Below, piece by piece: positions 62,775 through 64,000 of a DNA stretch of 64,000 nt (position 1 is the stretch's first letter; each line of letters starts with the position of its first letter). Position numbers and translations under genes: made by a program. Location: the NCBI GenBank assembly GCA_030141605.1, contig JAQGDQ010000017.1, positions 1 to 64,000 on the forward strand. Direction: 5' to 3'. This stretch comes from Tubiluchus corallicola (taxonomy: Eukaryota > Animalia > Priapulida). The notes beneath the pieces are model-generated. The model made no database searches. It saw nothing but the letters and a program-made list of their open reading frames with translations, and had not been told where the DNA came from.

Positions 62775-63089
62775 TCAACGATCTTCATTTTTCTTTGCTT
62801 CTTTCATCATCTCAAAGTACTGTTTTGCTTTTATCTTCCTGGGCACAATGTCCTGCAAAAATTCCATGTTTTCGGTCGTGTTCACTACTTCGGCAAAATC
62901 TTTGTAATCAATATAATCAGGCTCTTTACTTTTTTGTTGCGTAAGTAGAGCTGCATGTTTTATAAACAGTTCGGTAGCCTTTGCTATAAGAAAACTGGAT
63001 TCTTGGCTGATAGCCGACACTTCAGGAGAACTTTTCATGATAGTACGAACTCTTGAAAGTGGCAAGAAACTCTTGGAAAGATCATCCAT
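62775..63089 (-). CDS. CHRAC1: Chromatin accessibility complex protein 1 (histone fold), intronless CDS
   Basis: LPLSRVRTIMKSSPEVSAISQES...AKATELFI...EFLQDIVPRKI matches the CHRAC1/CHRAC-15 histone-fold pattern. Confidence 0.9.
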   Translation of the reverse strand: MDDLSKSFLPLSRVRTIMKSSPEVSAISQESSFLIAKATELFIKHAALLTQQKSKEPDYIDYKDFAEVVNTTENMEFLQDIVPRKIKAKQYFEMMKEAKKNEDR

Positions 63090-64000
63090 GACTGAAAATT
63101 AATCTAATCATTCATCAGACAGTATGTAGTGTCACTTTGTATGAGATGATAAAGCTCTGTGCACAAGGAATGGCAACATGTAATTCATGATTTGAAGTAC
63201 ATCACACTAAGTACATCGAGATGCTATGTTTATGTCACAGCAATTAAACACTTTATTTGCCTTCTACACAAAAATAAAGCAAATTTCAGGTGTAGCAGTG
63301 TAAATATTTGAAGTAACGTAAATATAATAAAGTTGCAACCAGTGTTAAACTCTACATCTGATTCCTTAAATTAGACTAACTTAGGATACATACTTTCCTA
63401 GAATTCTAGATATAAAACAGACTAGCGAGAATATGCACACACTATCTAGCCAAGAAGGGTTTATTACATATTACAAAAAGGTAGTTCTTGGTGAAGGCAG
63501 TATAGTAAACTTGCACAACTGCCACATTATGATTATATTTCATTACTAAAACTTGTGCTGAACTAAAAAACTTCACTACACATAAAACAAAATCAAAATT
63601 AAGTCCTTGCTACACTTATTAAACATTTAAACATTAGAAAAGATCAGGCAGCTCAATAAGAGTCAAGCAGCTGTTGCAACGGATTTAAAATAACGCAGTG
63701 TCTAACAGCCCGGATGAGAAATATTAAAATAATGGGTCAAGTGCAGTAAAAGTGTACCGTGTGCAAGATTTACATTACATCACCTAGCTGTGATCTAAAA
63801 GTGTAACTGTAGTAACATAGTGATCCTAGTCAGTAGTTGCAGGTATAGGCCTACTTGCTGTGCCAGTGAAACAGCTGCCAGTATGCTAAAGTATTGCTCA
63901 TATACGCAATTGACTTTTATAGCACACTGAAACATTTCAAAAGTTATAGTTTCAAATAAAAAAACAAATCAAATCAATTATTTTTTACTCCAGGCATAAA

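Overview
AT-rich eukaryotic (invertebrate animal) genomic DNA with spliceosomal introns. Three spliced housekeeping genes can be reconstructed by hand: NUP42/NUPL2 (minus, 12508-31554), MRPL37 (plus, 37151-52394) and HINFP (minus, 53691-62497). An intronless CHRAC1 CDS lies 277 bp upstream of HINFP on the same strand. Three intron-poor genes are nested inside introns. A Sulfotransfer_2 carbohydrate sulfotransferase (+) and a GT31 beta-1,3-glycosyltransferase (-) lie inside NUP42. An intronless 711-aa ankyrin-repeat plus cGAS-like/Mab-21 nucleotidyltransferase (cGLR) with an intact catalytic triad lies antisense inside the intron after the first coding exon of MRPL37; this is the most interesting object in the window. 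The rest is introns and intergenic DNA with MITEs, LINE remnants, a solo LTR, Penelope-like inverted repeats and a Helentron-like tandem-repeat element. The first ~12 kb has no convincing CDS. All family assignments come from motif recognition by eye; no searches were run.
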